This document shows positions 17,546-60,066 of a DNA stretch of 64,000 nucleotides, one piece after another. Each line of letters begins with the position of its first letter. Positions within the stretch are counted from its first letter, which is position 1. The notes under the pieces are model-generated. The model was not told the origin of the DNA and searched no databases. It worked only from the letters and a program-made list of their open reading frames with translations. This DNA is from the human T2T-CHM13v2.0 reference genome, Homo sapiens, in NCBI RefSeq assembly GCF_009914755.1, contig NC_060946.1. One strand, given 5' to 3'. A program made the translations under genes and the position numbers.

Positions 17546-18699
17546 CTGCCCGGGGCAGGGAGGCAAGGGACCAGGGTCACCCTCAAAGGCCAGGCAGTCC
17601 CAGGCGCCCCACTAAGCATTTCTGAGATCTGGCGTGTGCCGGGCCCGGGGCCATCTGCCCTTGAGGAGCTCTTGGGGGAGGCTGGGAAGGGGGCAAAGGA
17701 GCCCCGGCAAAGGGTTCCTGAGGGGAAAGAAGGTCAGCGCTGTGAGGGACAGAGGTGACACACAAGGGCTACCCAGGGCCACAGGTTGGGGCGACAAGAA
17801 GGCCCGATGTGAGTGGGGCAAGGGTCAGGTATGCAAAAGGCTCACAGACCACCTAAGGGAGGGGGCTGAGTCCTAGAGCAAATTCAGGCAGTGAGGTCTG
17901 TCGGGTTGAGATGGTGGCACGTGCAGAAGAGGCCCAATGGGGCTGGGCTGCCGAACACACCAGAACAAGCCAGGACCACCCTGGCCTACAGGATGAGGAT
18001 GGGACAGCCGCAGCAACCCCTCAGTCAATGCTGATGCCTTCAGAGGCAGCCCTGCACATTCTAATCCAGTGTCTCATTCGATTCTCAACCCCCTTGTAGA
18101 GATGAGAAAACAGAGACCCAGCTAGAGACCCAGCTCAAGGTCACCTGACCTGTAAATGGCGGCCTTGAGATCAACCCCGGCTCTGCTGGCCTCCAGCATA
18201 GGTCAGAGGTCCTGCCTGCACCTCCCCGTCTCCCCCAGTCCACTCCTGGCTTCTCAAGGGGCTCTAAGAAAATACCCTCACACACACCAAGGCCCCGCTC
18301 TCTGCCTGGGCCCACTGCCCAACTCAAGAAGTCACAAGAAAGACCAAGCCCAAAGTGTACCTTGCCTCAGTTTCCCTGGCTGTATGGGTGGATGAGATGA
18401 AGGGCTGGGGCTAGGCTGGGCGACAGGGTGTCTCCTTCCTGGGGCCAGCAGCGAGCCCAGCAGGAGGAGTAGGACAGTGTCGCAACAGGACACAAACAGG
18501 CCAGAACAACCCCCAGGGACACAGCCTCAGGAGGAGTTCAAGACAGGAGAAAGGCAGGACCTCACATCAGAGGAAAAGATGAGACTGTTCATTAATAATG
18601 TCCCTGAACAACCGGCTGGCCACCTGAGAAAAGACACCATGGCTCACACCACAACCAGGAGAAATCTCAAGTAGAGGAAAAGTTTGTATATAAGAAATA

Positions 18700-20480
<1,781 letters not shown>

Positions 20481-20609
20481 AAAAGGTGGGGAACTAAGTA
20501 TCTGTGTTTGGCTCTAGCTACATAAAGAAACACTGAACAGAAACATGACTGTACAGGGCTAAGTGGGTCAGGGAGGAAGGGGTGGGGGACGCTTCACTGG
20601 ATACTGTGT

Positions 20610-22490
<1,881 letters not shown>

Positions 22491-23284
22491 CATTTTTGTG
22501 TTTTGATTTTTGAGTATTTGGATTTTTAATAAAAGAAAAAGAAAAACAGAATGAATAACTCAATCTAGCCAGCAACAGGAATGAAAGTACTTTGCAAACT
22601 GTAAAGAGCTTTTGACACATCAATGCTCGTCACTGGGATGAGCCACACAGGTTTCCAGGGGACAGTGAGGATCCTTAGAGTCCCCTGGCCATGCTCCATT
22701 TCCCCATGAGCAGAGAGGCAGGAGAGTGCAGCGGTTGAAGTGTGAGTTTCAGAGCCAACCTACTAGAGCCCAAATCCTGACTCGGACATCCCCTGGCCAG
22801 GGGTCGTCGGACAAGGCACTTCACCCCTCTGAGCCCCAGGTACCTCATGTGTAAACCGATGACACTATCTGGCTCATTGGGATGTTCTGACAGACAAACA
22901 TGCTTACAAGAGTGCCTGGCACACAGTCAATGCTCCATGATGTTCGGCTTGGTGGGAAGTGCAGCCCCTAGGCTAGAGATGAGCCGGTGTCCACCCAGTG
23001 GGAGGAGGGGAAGAGGGAATAAGCCATGCTATGAGGAAAGGAGAGCCTCCGGGAGGGCAGGCTGCAAGGGCTCCTGGCTCCCAAACAGGACTGTACTGGA
23101 CAGACAAGAGAGGTCACGGCACAAGCAGAGGCCCAACAGCAGCAGGTGCAGCGGGAACCATGGGGTGGCAGAAAAAGACAGTGGAAGAGGTGGGCAGGGA
23201 AGAGATCTGAAGGGTCTTGAATGGCCGGCTAAGATCCTGGCCTTCAGCCTGAGGCACCAAGGGCCATGTTCAGGTGTGTGATCA

Positions 23285-23490
23285 CAGGATCTCTCAACCG
23301 TGGCACTACTGACACTGGAGCTGGAGAATTCCTGGTTGTGGGGCTGCCCTGGGCACTGCACAGTCTAACAGCACCCATGACTTCTACCCACTAGATGCCA
23401 GGGCACCCCTTTCCCCCTGAATTGTAACAACCAAAAGGTCTCCAGATCTTGACATATGTCTCCTGGGGGACAAAAATCACCCTGTTGAGG
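23285..23490 (+). mobile_element. MER20 (hAT-Charlie) DNA transposon remnant
   Basis: ctctcaacc..ggcactactgaca ... tctacccactagatgccag ... acaaccaaaa..gtctccaga resembles the recalled MER20 consensus. Confidence 0.75.
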
Positions 23491-23697
23491 CTACCTGGTG
23501 GATACGAAAGGGCTGGAGGAGGCTAGAGGGGTAGTGGAAGGCCTGGGAAGGCCACTACAGAGACCAGGCAAGAGCTGACGGTGGCCCTGCCTGGGCAGGG
23601 TGCAGAAACTGATTGACACTTTGGAGGCAGGGCCTGCAGCACTTGGTGATTCGGCAGATGTGTGCAGGGAGGAGAGGTGCTGGGGAGGTAGTGGTAG

Positions 23698-26695
<2,998 letters not shown>

Positions 26696-28385
26696 TCCCG
26701 GCCTTTTTCTATTCTGCTGTGAGGCTACTGTGCATGTCTGTGCATGTCACAATCCCCATTTTCTCATTGGTTTGCTTGACTAGCCTTCAGTGAACACCCA
26801 CTGCGCTGGGCACTAGCAGATATTACCAAATGCCTGCCTCCCCGGGAGTAGCTTGGGGTCGCAGAGAAAAACCTTTAAACCAGCTGCACCACACACTCTC
26901 CCTCCCTCTGAGCTCCAGGGTGTCCATAGGGGAGGCTCATCTACTAAGCACTCAGCAATGAACTGCACATCTGGCTGGCACTTTAGAGTTTACAAAATAC
27001 TTTCCCATCTGTCATTTCATCTCTGCCTTGGAACAGTTCTTGGTCAGTCAGGCAGCATTATCACAAACTACAGATGGGGACACTGAGGCACAGAGGAGCT
27101 GCATGACCTTCCCACAGCCACACAAAGCCACGTCTAGAACGCAGAGCTAGACGTCTAACGTCTCCCTCGGCATGTTCTGTCTTCCACGCTCTCACTCATG
27201 TGGAGGGCTGTGGGCATACAGGCTGCTTCTGCCAGTTTTCTAGAGCGGTCTTGGGAGGCCAACTTGACCATCTGTGCCTCAGTTTCCTGATGTGCCAAAC
27301 AAATAATCTGGTACTATCTCTAGGGGCTGCAGAAAGTACCCTGCAAGGAAGTGGTCAGGGAACTCCCAGTCTCCGTCCCCGTCTCCATTGAGGCTTCCTT
27401 AGCACATTTCATACTCCAAGGAACCCTAACCATGGGGTAACAGAAACCCCGAAGTTCTGAGCTGATGGACACGACACACAGACTTGGTGTTCTCTGCACT
27501 GGACAGAGCTGATTTTCATTTTCCAAGGAGGGTAACCAAGGCACAGAGGTGTGTCTAGCCTGCTTCTGAGGGTGCAGGGACAGGAATGAGGATAACTCGT
27601 AGAAGGGCTGGCCACCTCACTCCAGCAACTTCAAGCCTCCACCCGCTAATCCACAAGCACCAACACTAAATACCTTCCCTTTGGACCAATAAGCACAAAG
27701 GAAGGGCCAAGACTCATGACCGTGCCCCTCAGAAGTGGCACTGAAAGGCGCAAGCCTCATTTCTCCCAGGCCAAGGGGAGGACTGAGAGGTCAGTGATTT
27801 GTTTAAAATGCAACATCACAGCATACTCATACTTTCAACAGGAAGCACATCCGGAGAGAAAAAGAGAGAGAGAGAACTCCCTAATGAGGAGACCGCATCC
27901 CCCCACCCCACCCCCGAGGTTACAGGGGAGCCTGCGTCATCCCAAAGCCTGCCTGGGCTGGGTTCCAGGAGGCCAGGACATAGAGAGGGGGGCCTGGCTA
28001 GGGGTCCAGCAGCAACCCAAGTCCCTTCTATCTACCAATATCCTTCTCCCAGGAAGCAGGGGAGAGGATGTGAACCCCGCCTGGGTTTTCCCACACCCAG
28101 CTGGTGACCCAGCTGACCCGGGACACTGAGGCACAAAAGAACCGCATGACTCCTGCAGAAACTGGAGCTAAAAATACCCTCCAGTGCCCAGCCTGGCCTG
28201 CGAGAGGAGCCCCCTGGCCTGCCTCCCGGCAACCTGCTGCTTCCTTCCCCATCTGGGATGGCCCTGGGGCAAATCATGCCCCTGGAGCCACATTCTGACT
28301 TCAGATCCCCAAATCCTGGGGTCTTTCCTCCTCTTGGTCCCATGGGCTGGCCCCAGGGGCTCCAGCTGGAGCTAGGAACACTTAC

Positions 28386-28461
28386 CCAGGTAGATATCTC
28401 CGAAGGACCCGCTCCCGATCTTCCGTCCCAGGCGGTACTTGTTCCCCACACGTAGCTCCAT
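28386..28461 (-). CDS. CSNK1E: CSNK1E exon 2 coding part ([26 protein letters not shown]; Gly-rich loop). Exon starts at 28473 with 12 nt of UTR
   Basis: Acceptor tctgcag|CAAGAGTGAGCCATGG with good Kozak context; donor CTGG|gtaagt; 76 coding nt. Confidence 0.98.
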
Positions 28462-30049
28462 GGCTCACTCTTGCTGCAGAGGAAGCAGGAACATGAGGGT
28501 CAGCGACGTGGGGAGCCGGGAAAGGGGTCCAGTCCACCAAGGCCAGGCAGAGCCACCAGGAACTCGAAAACCTGCATTCTCGAAGACCACATTCTGCAGG
28601 TGTCAGGTGGCCCACAGCCTGCACTCCACACACCTGGGGAACAGCTAAGGCAGGCTGAGGACAGGTTTCAGTGTGGCCAGAGAGGAAGCAGCCAAGCAAG
28701 CATGTCTTTGGGGGATGCTCATTCAGGGGCCCCTCAAAAGAAGCTTCTCAAGGGATCACAACGGGCATCAGCCCTCTTACACCTCCTACCCCACAGGCTC
28801 CCACAGCCTGGCCTGGTCTTCCCAAGTACTGCCCCTGCCCAGAGGCCAGACCTCGCCAGTGCCCAGCACGCCTTGCAGGAGAAAGTCGCATCCCCTACTG
28901 GGGGGAAGGCAGAAAAGAATGCCCTCGACCATCCACCTTCCAGCCACCTCCCCATCTCTACGTCATGACACCAAGACCTCACACGGAGGCCCATAGCCGC
29001 TTGGATAAACTGTTTGGAGCTGGCGTCCTTTAAGACTAGGAGGGTCTCCTAAGAGGGCCCTCATAGAACAACAAAGGGGACTGAGCCAGGGTTTTAGCCG
29101 CCTGCCCCGGATGGGTGGGAGGAGGAGTTCTGATGTGAGCAGCTTCTCTCCTTCCTCAGGGCCAGGGGGGAGCCCTCTGCTCTGGCCTGGGGCAGAGGAG
29201 GGACCCCTCTGCTCTGGCCTGGGGCAAAAGTCCGGACACCCTGTTCCTGGTCAGCAGAGGAGGAAACTGAAGGCCTGGAGGCAGTGCTGCCGTGGGGACA
29301 GGGACCAGGGACTGCAGTAAACAGGGGGAGGGGTGTTTACAAGAGGACCAGCATCAAGGACTAGCAAGAGGGAACTCCTTTCACAGACAGGGTACTCAGG
29401 CTCACAGAGGCCATGCCACCTGCCCCACACCACCCTGCAGATGGTACAGCCTCGCCGAGGACAGGGCTCCGGCTGTCCCACCTGGTGGTCTCCCACACTC
29501 ACAAACAGGGCAAAACAGGAAGACTGCAGAGCAGCTGTGCTGGCACAGAAGATCAGCCCCTTGCCCGTGCCAAGTGCTGCCCCCAACAACCAGGCCAGCC
29601 TGGGAGGGAGATGGATTCCAGGGACAGTGGGCAGATCCCAGGAGAGACAGGGAACCCCGGCACCTGGCTCCCAAGGAGCTCACCAGCCCTCCACCAATAA
29701 CCACGAGGCAGGGACCTCCACCAGAGCTGGCCAAACTCTGGGCTCTCAATCAAGGGCCGCTGCCCATATGCTTGGCCTGTCTCAGCTGAGGTGCCACGCT
29801 GCCAGGGGAACACAGTCCACGTTTGCAGGAAACCCACACGCCACACATCCCACGTACACACACGTCCAGCTTCCCGAGTGTGTACACTCCAACGGAAGAA
29901 AGAAAAGCAGGCACACACAGTGAGCCCTGTTGGGGGGTAAGGGGGGGTGTGCACGCAACCCCCCCCCCAACACCTCAGTCCACTTTCTGCCAACACCAAT
30001 TCAGAGACCACACATGGCAGCCAGGAAACCCGCAGGTTAGGAAAGGAAC

Positions 30050-30138
30050 ATAAATATACCCGCATCCTATATTACATAAATACCCACGCCGGGTTATATA
30101 AATACCCGTGCCCTCTGTCTGGGTGTCTTACATAAATA
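30050..30138. promoter_or_regulatory. Intron-1 D-box/forkhead motif cluster
   Basis: TTACATAA at 30072 and 30128; TTATATAA at 30094; ATAAATA at 30050, 30076, 30098 and 30132. Confidence 0.5.
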
Positions 30139-31587
30139 TACTGCACATGACCCCCCAGTCTCTCCCCACTCACCGGCTGTCTGCAGAGAACGAGAGCGGG
30201 AAGGGGCAAGCCCTTCAGGACCCCCTGACTGCTATGTGCCAGCCACCCAGACCCCCAGTCGCTCCCCAACACCCCAGGGGTCCAAGGTCCCTGGGGGAGC
30301 CTAGACTGTCCCGGCACCAATACCCAAAAAGCCTCCCAGAGGAGAGCAGAAAAGCTTCATTCAGGAATGGAGAGGCTTTTCAGTTCTTTTGCTGCTTCTC
30401 CCATGGGGGAGGGGGGGAGATAAACAAAGTGGGGGGAAAAGTGGATATAAAGGTTCAAGAGTTTCAGCAGGTTAAAAAAATTAGACAAACTACCAACCAG
30501 CATGGCACACGGGCAGTGCTTCTTACTCCCCGAACACCATCGCCTACCCCTGAGCCGGGGCCCTTGTCCCTCGGACGATTAAAATAAAAATTGAAGGGAC
30601 ATCATAGAAACGAAGGCAAAGGAGACCCAAACACAGGCATTGCTTGGAAGCAACTTGAGACACTTGTGTCCCCTTCTCCTCTCTCCAAATCCTTCTCCAG
30701 GAAGGAGGCTATGCCAGGAAGAAAATATGCAAGAAAACTAAGGGAAAAGTTGGGGAGGGGGCTCACCCCACTTCGAGTTAGGGTATTAACAAGAGCTTGG
30801 GAATCCTCTAACGACACCCAGACACTGTTTTGCGTTCCTTAGAGACTTGCAAGACATCAATCTCTCACACAAAAATGGGAGAATCCGATCCGACAAATAA
30901 CCCCCACCCCTTTCTTTCTCTCCACAAAGAAAAACAAATCAGTGGCCTGGTGACCACACACCTCTTCACCTTAGGACCCCCAAACGCCCGTCATCCAACG
31001 AGCGGGCGCAGCCTTGCGAACCCCCAGGTCCGGGCGCCGGGGCCGGGAGAGCAGGGGGCGCCGGTGATTGTCCGATGAAACCCTACGCGGGCCCGAATCA
31101 ACAGTATCCGGCGCCCAGCACCCCAAGCCCCCTCCCTCAGCGTCCCCAAATCACAGCCGGGGTGGCCGCCTGGCCGGCCGGGGCCTCGGAGGGCCCAGCG
31201 GGGGGAAGCGGAGGCAGGCCGGCCGGGGGGCCTCCCCCGCGAGCCTGCAAAATAACAGGCCCCCTCCTCCTCGTCCCCAGCCGCGCCTTTGTCCTCGCCG
31301 GGCCGAGCGGGCGGCGCCCGGGCTGCCCCCCCTACACCCCAGCGCGAACGCGCGTGTGTCTGCCCTCCCTTCCCTCCCTCTCCAGCAAAAACAAAGAGGC
31401 TGAGGGAGCCCGATTCCCCCCAGGTTTGCACCCTTCCGCGGGCCCGCGGCCCCCCGATATTTACCCCGCCGGGAAGGCGCCGATGCCGGGCCACTGCTCG
31501 GGGGGCTGCCGCGGGCGGGGGCGGCCCGCCGGGGCGGATGCCGGAGGATTCGCGGAGCCGCCCGGCGCGCCAGCCTCTCCCGGCCCA

Positions 31588-31611
31588 GCCGCCGCCGCCG
31601 CCGCCGCCGCC
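31588..31611 (-). repeat. (CGG/GCC)8 trinucleotide tract in the 5'UTR
   Basis: gcc x8 on the plus strand. Confidence 0.97.
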
Positions 31612-31653
31612 GCGCTCCGCTCGGCCCCGGCCGGGCTCTGGCTCTGGGCTCTC

Positions 31654-31680
31654 GCCGCCGCCGCCGCCGCCGCCGCCGCC
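31654..31680 (-). repeat. (CGG/GCC)9 trinucleotide tract in the 5'UTR
   Basis: gcc x9 on the plus strand. Confidence 0.97.
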
Positions 31681-32718
31681 TCCCTCCTCCCGGCCTCCTG
31701 CCCGCCCGCCCGCCCCCGCCGCCGGCTCGCGCGCTCTCGCACCGCGCGCGCCCGCCGGCTCCCATTGAGCCCCGGGCCCGCCCGCTGATGTCATCCCCGG
31801 CCCGCCGCCGCCGCCCCGGAGGATTTAAAGGGCCCGCGCCCTCCGCGCTGGGGGCCGCAGCTGCGAGACGCAGTTCCCCAGCCTCAGTGCAGGCGCGCGG
31901 GCTTACGCGTGGGGGTGGGGGAGCACACAGATACTGACACCCTAATGCAGTCCAGGGCACAGGTGGAAAAGACGGGGTGCGGGGGGGACAGAGGGAAGAG
32001 GAGGGCGCACAAAAAGCGGAGGTGAGCGGATGGGAGGGGAGGGTCTAGACCCAAAGTCTCCTCTCCCCGCCTGCCAGGATCTCTCTCCTCTCCAGGCAGA
32101 GCACTGGGCCCCTGCGAAAACAGGCGGCTATTCACGACACTGCAAAAGATGTTAGACTGCTGGAGGCTCAGTCCGCCTCCAGGTTCCGAGTGCCGCAGAG
32201 AACACAGGCCAGGTTGATTCAGGGCAAGAGATTTGAGGAGACAGCTAGGGATGTCGACACAAGGCCCAGAAAGGTAGCCTGGGCTCATACATTCTCCTCC
32301 CGTGGAAAAACGAAGGGCAAAGACCTCTTCTTCTTTTCCCTGAAGCTCAAACTGTGATGGGCACAGAGAGGACCCCTCAGATCCCAACCTCATTCTCCCC
32401 TGTTGAAGGAGGGGTGCCACAAGTACCAAAGCACCGACACTTGAGTCTGGGCTCCGAGTGGTGCACGTTTAGCCAAGCCACCTCCCAGCTCTGAGCTTGG
32501 GTTTCCTTAAACAGCAAATGGGAGGAAGGACCCTGTCCTCCCCAGGTCACAGAATTAATAAAAGCTTCTACCGGCATGCAGAGCCGCGATGAAAGGTTGC
32601 AGAACAAAGTCATTAAAGTGATGATATTTACACTGAGCCATGCAAAGCTTCCAATTATGACACACCTATATTCACACAGTTGTGACTGTGGACACGCAAA
32701 ATGCCTGAGGCCCTGCGT

Positions 32719-32809
32719 CCAATCCCGGAAGCACAGTTCCTGGGAGGAGTCACTTCTATAATAGCCGTATCTTCCCTCCTCGAGGCTGAGGGACTGAGTC
32801 ACACACGTG
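32719..32809. promoter_or_regulatory. Upstream motif cluster: CCAAT, ETS (CCGGAAG), AP-1 (TGAGTCA), E-box (CACGTG)
   Basis: Motifs at 32719, 32725, 32795 and 32804 in unique sequence about 1 kb upstream of exon 1. Confidence 0.4.
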
Positions 32810-33112
32810 TCCAAACGGGCAGGAGCCCCACAGACTAAGTCCTTTCGCCGGCCAGGAAACTGGCCCAGAGAGGGGAAGGGCTTTGCCCAGGACCACAAAG
32901 CCCAACAGGACAGCTCTGTTCTCCCAGCGATCACCAGGAAACTGGGTCTATCTAGAGCCCATTTCCAAGAGCAGGAGAGTGAGAAGCCTCCTCCCAGGAG
33001 GGCCTGCCTTCAGTGACACCTTTGCCAGAGCAGGGGGTCACCAGCCAGGTGGTGGGCTTTACTTGGCCTGCGCGGTGCTTTCTGTTGTTGTTTTGTTAAT
33101 TAATCCCCAAAG

Positions 33113-39863
<6,751 letters not shown>

Positions 39864-41006
39864 CTAGGCAAGTTCCTAAAATTCTTGAGTCTCATTTGTA
39901 AAATGGGGATAATATAAATCACAAAAACAATGTAGCCCAGAAGCAGCCCTGAGTAAGAGGAAGATGCTTACATTACAATGTTGCTATTCTTAGGAGCCGA
40001 GCAGAGTTCAATGCAGGGCTCCTGACTTGGGCTCCTCTGAGCACCTGAGCCCTGCAGGCTGTATCCCCCGCCTCTCCTTTCCTTTTGTCACCCTTCCTCT
40101 GGAGGGGCCACCGCCAGCCCCTTCTACGGTGGGAGTTGGAGATATGCAAACCTAGTTGGGCCCAGGGGAGCTGCTAGCCTTGCCCATCTTGGTCTTGGCT
40201 CTCGAAGGCCCCGGTGGGAAGCTTCTCAGGGTCCTCCCCTTTTCAGGCCCTGTTCATGGAGAGTCTGTGGCCCACAGGCTCCAGAGGTTCCCCCGCCCCC
40301 AGCCCTGCCAGCCTGAAGATGCTGTCCTGGGGCACTCTCCTCTCCTTACCCAGCTAGGCCTTGGCTCTTTGTCCCCAGACCCTTCCATGACATCCTACCC
40401 ACCCCTCACTATTCCCAGGGCACAGCTTTGGCCCCAGGCTCTCTTTTCAGGCACTTCTTCCAGGGAACCTCACCACTGGGCCGTGCCCGGTCAGGTCACT
40501 CCTGCCAGGGCTTCCTCCCTCCTCTTCCATCTTCAGCGGAGAGGCAGCAGGGCAGGGTAGCAAGGTCTGGGTTTGGTCCCTGGTCAGTCTGAATTTCAGC
40601 GCGACCTTGGAGAATCCACAGCCCTTCTCTGAGGAGCTGGACAAAGTGAGTGCTAAAGCTCTCAGTCTCCCCAGCTGAAGCTAAGGGCAGGGCTGGATGG
40701 GCAAGGACCCTACACTCCACATCCCGGGCACTAAGCTGAGAAAGACCTTGAGGTGACAAATCTGGGCTCAGTGGGAAACGGCTCTCCCCGCACCCCTTAC
40801 CCCCATATTCAAAACCTGAGCAGCTCCCATGAGCTCTACCTTCCAACTGGATTCTGAACCCAGCCACTCTTACCACGTGTGTCTTCCACTTGGCTACTAC
40901 AGTGGCCTGTTAACCACTGAGATCTGACTGTGGCTACTGAAAATACACCAGTGGCTCCTTCTTCCCTTAGCATGAAATTCACATTCTTTCCCAGGGCCTG
41001 CTATGA

Positions 41007-50145
<9,139 letters not shown>

Positions 50146-50329
50146 AAGAATGATAACAATACATTTGCGGTTGAAATATTTGGAAACCTGCTGCTTCCTC
50201 TTCAACTTCCTCTCCTTCAATTCCCTCCAAAGTCTACGTTTTCAGGACAACGTGACTATAACCCAGAGACAAGGGAGGATTTGGGGGGAGCAGGCAGTAT
50301 CTCCACAGACCCACGCCCACCTCCTCCTC

Positions 50330-50780
50330 CTCTCCTTTGACCCGGTTCTCCTCTCCGTCGAGTGAGGACCCCCACCCCGGGCCCTCCTCCTCCCAGCACC
50401 TACCCCCAGCTGCTGCTGGCGCTCACCTGAAGCTTGCTGGCCGGCCTTCGAGATGCGAAGTGCGCACACCTGTGCCTGCAGGTGAGGACTCCGCTGGGGA
50501 GCGCTCCGGGAGGAGGGAGCCGGCCGGGGGCGGGGCCGCGACGTCACCGGCCCAGCCCCGCGCCGCTTCCCGGCCCCGCCCCGCCCCGCCCCGCCCCGGT
50601 TTCCCGGCCCCGGGGGTTTCGTGGTTCTCATGCTTGCGGGGTGAGGCGCTGGGACACTTCTCCCGGCACGCACGCCCCACATGGCCTGGGCCCCGGGCGT
50701 CAGCCGCGCCCGCCTTGGAGGCGCGGTCCTCCAAGTGCGGCCCTCCAAGTGCGGTCCTCGGGGGTGGGCGGACTGAAAGG
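50330..50780. promoter_or_regulatory. Second CpG island with CRE (GACGTCA, 50540-50546) and tandem GC boxes (50574-50598)
   Basis: Local CpG enrichment; repeated CCCCGCCC; minus-strand donor CAG|GTGAGC at 50427/50426. Confidence 0.75.
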
Positions 50781-51229
50781 GGAGGTCCCACTCTCCCAGA
50801 TGAGCATCTTTCTGATCTCCCAGATCGGAAAGAGCTGGGATCCCCCACCCCACCTCCACCCCTGGGTTACTTAGAACTCTTGGGGCCTCGGACTTCAGGT
50901 TCAGATCACCTGGAGTAAGGGATGACCTCCGAGGGATGAGGAGCCTCCGAAAGGCCTGTTTCCTTCTCCTCGCAGCCCACTCTACTTCTCTCCGGCCCGC
51001 TCCAACACCTAAGAGAGAGATAGGGACATGGAGATCGGGGTGTTTGGGTCAAGTTATCTTTGGATCTGACACCTGCGCTCCGGAAACTTTCCATCTTCTT
51101 TGTATTATCTGAGACTGCTTGTATTTGGCAAATTTTTTTCTTGAAAATATCAGCCTGCTGGTGGTGGCAGAGATGCTCTGTCGGACAGGTTCCAGCTGCC
51201 CAAGAGTCGTAAATTAGCGTTTGCCTTAG

Positions 51230-60066
<8,837 letters not shown>

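Larger units (their letters stand above)
31465..31800 (-). other. CSNK1E: CSNK1E exon 1 (5'UTR); 5' end uncertain
   Basis: Lies in the CpG island; donor GGG|GTAAAT at 31465/31464; contains the CGG tracts. Confidence 0.75.
30990..31930. promoter_or_regulatory. CpG island and CSNK1E promoter, with GC boxes, ATF/CRE-like TGACATCA (31793-31786) and TATA-like TTTAAA (31829-31824)
   Basis: Very high GC and CpG density around exon 1; motifs read directly from the sequence. Confidence 0.9.

Noticed and set aside
20560-20570. Perfect RORE TAAGTGGGTCA (another at 60151-60161) and scattered CACGTG E-boxes
   Set aside because: About one RORE match per 64 kb is expected by chance; isolated and next to repeats
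31068-31788. Long plus-strand Pro/Ala-rich ORFs over the CpG island
   Set aside because: Expected from stop-codon depletion in very GC-rich DNA; no further support
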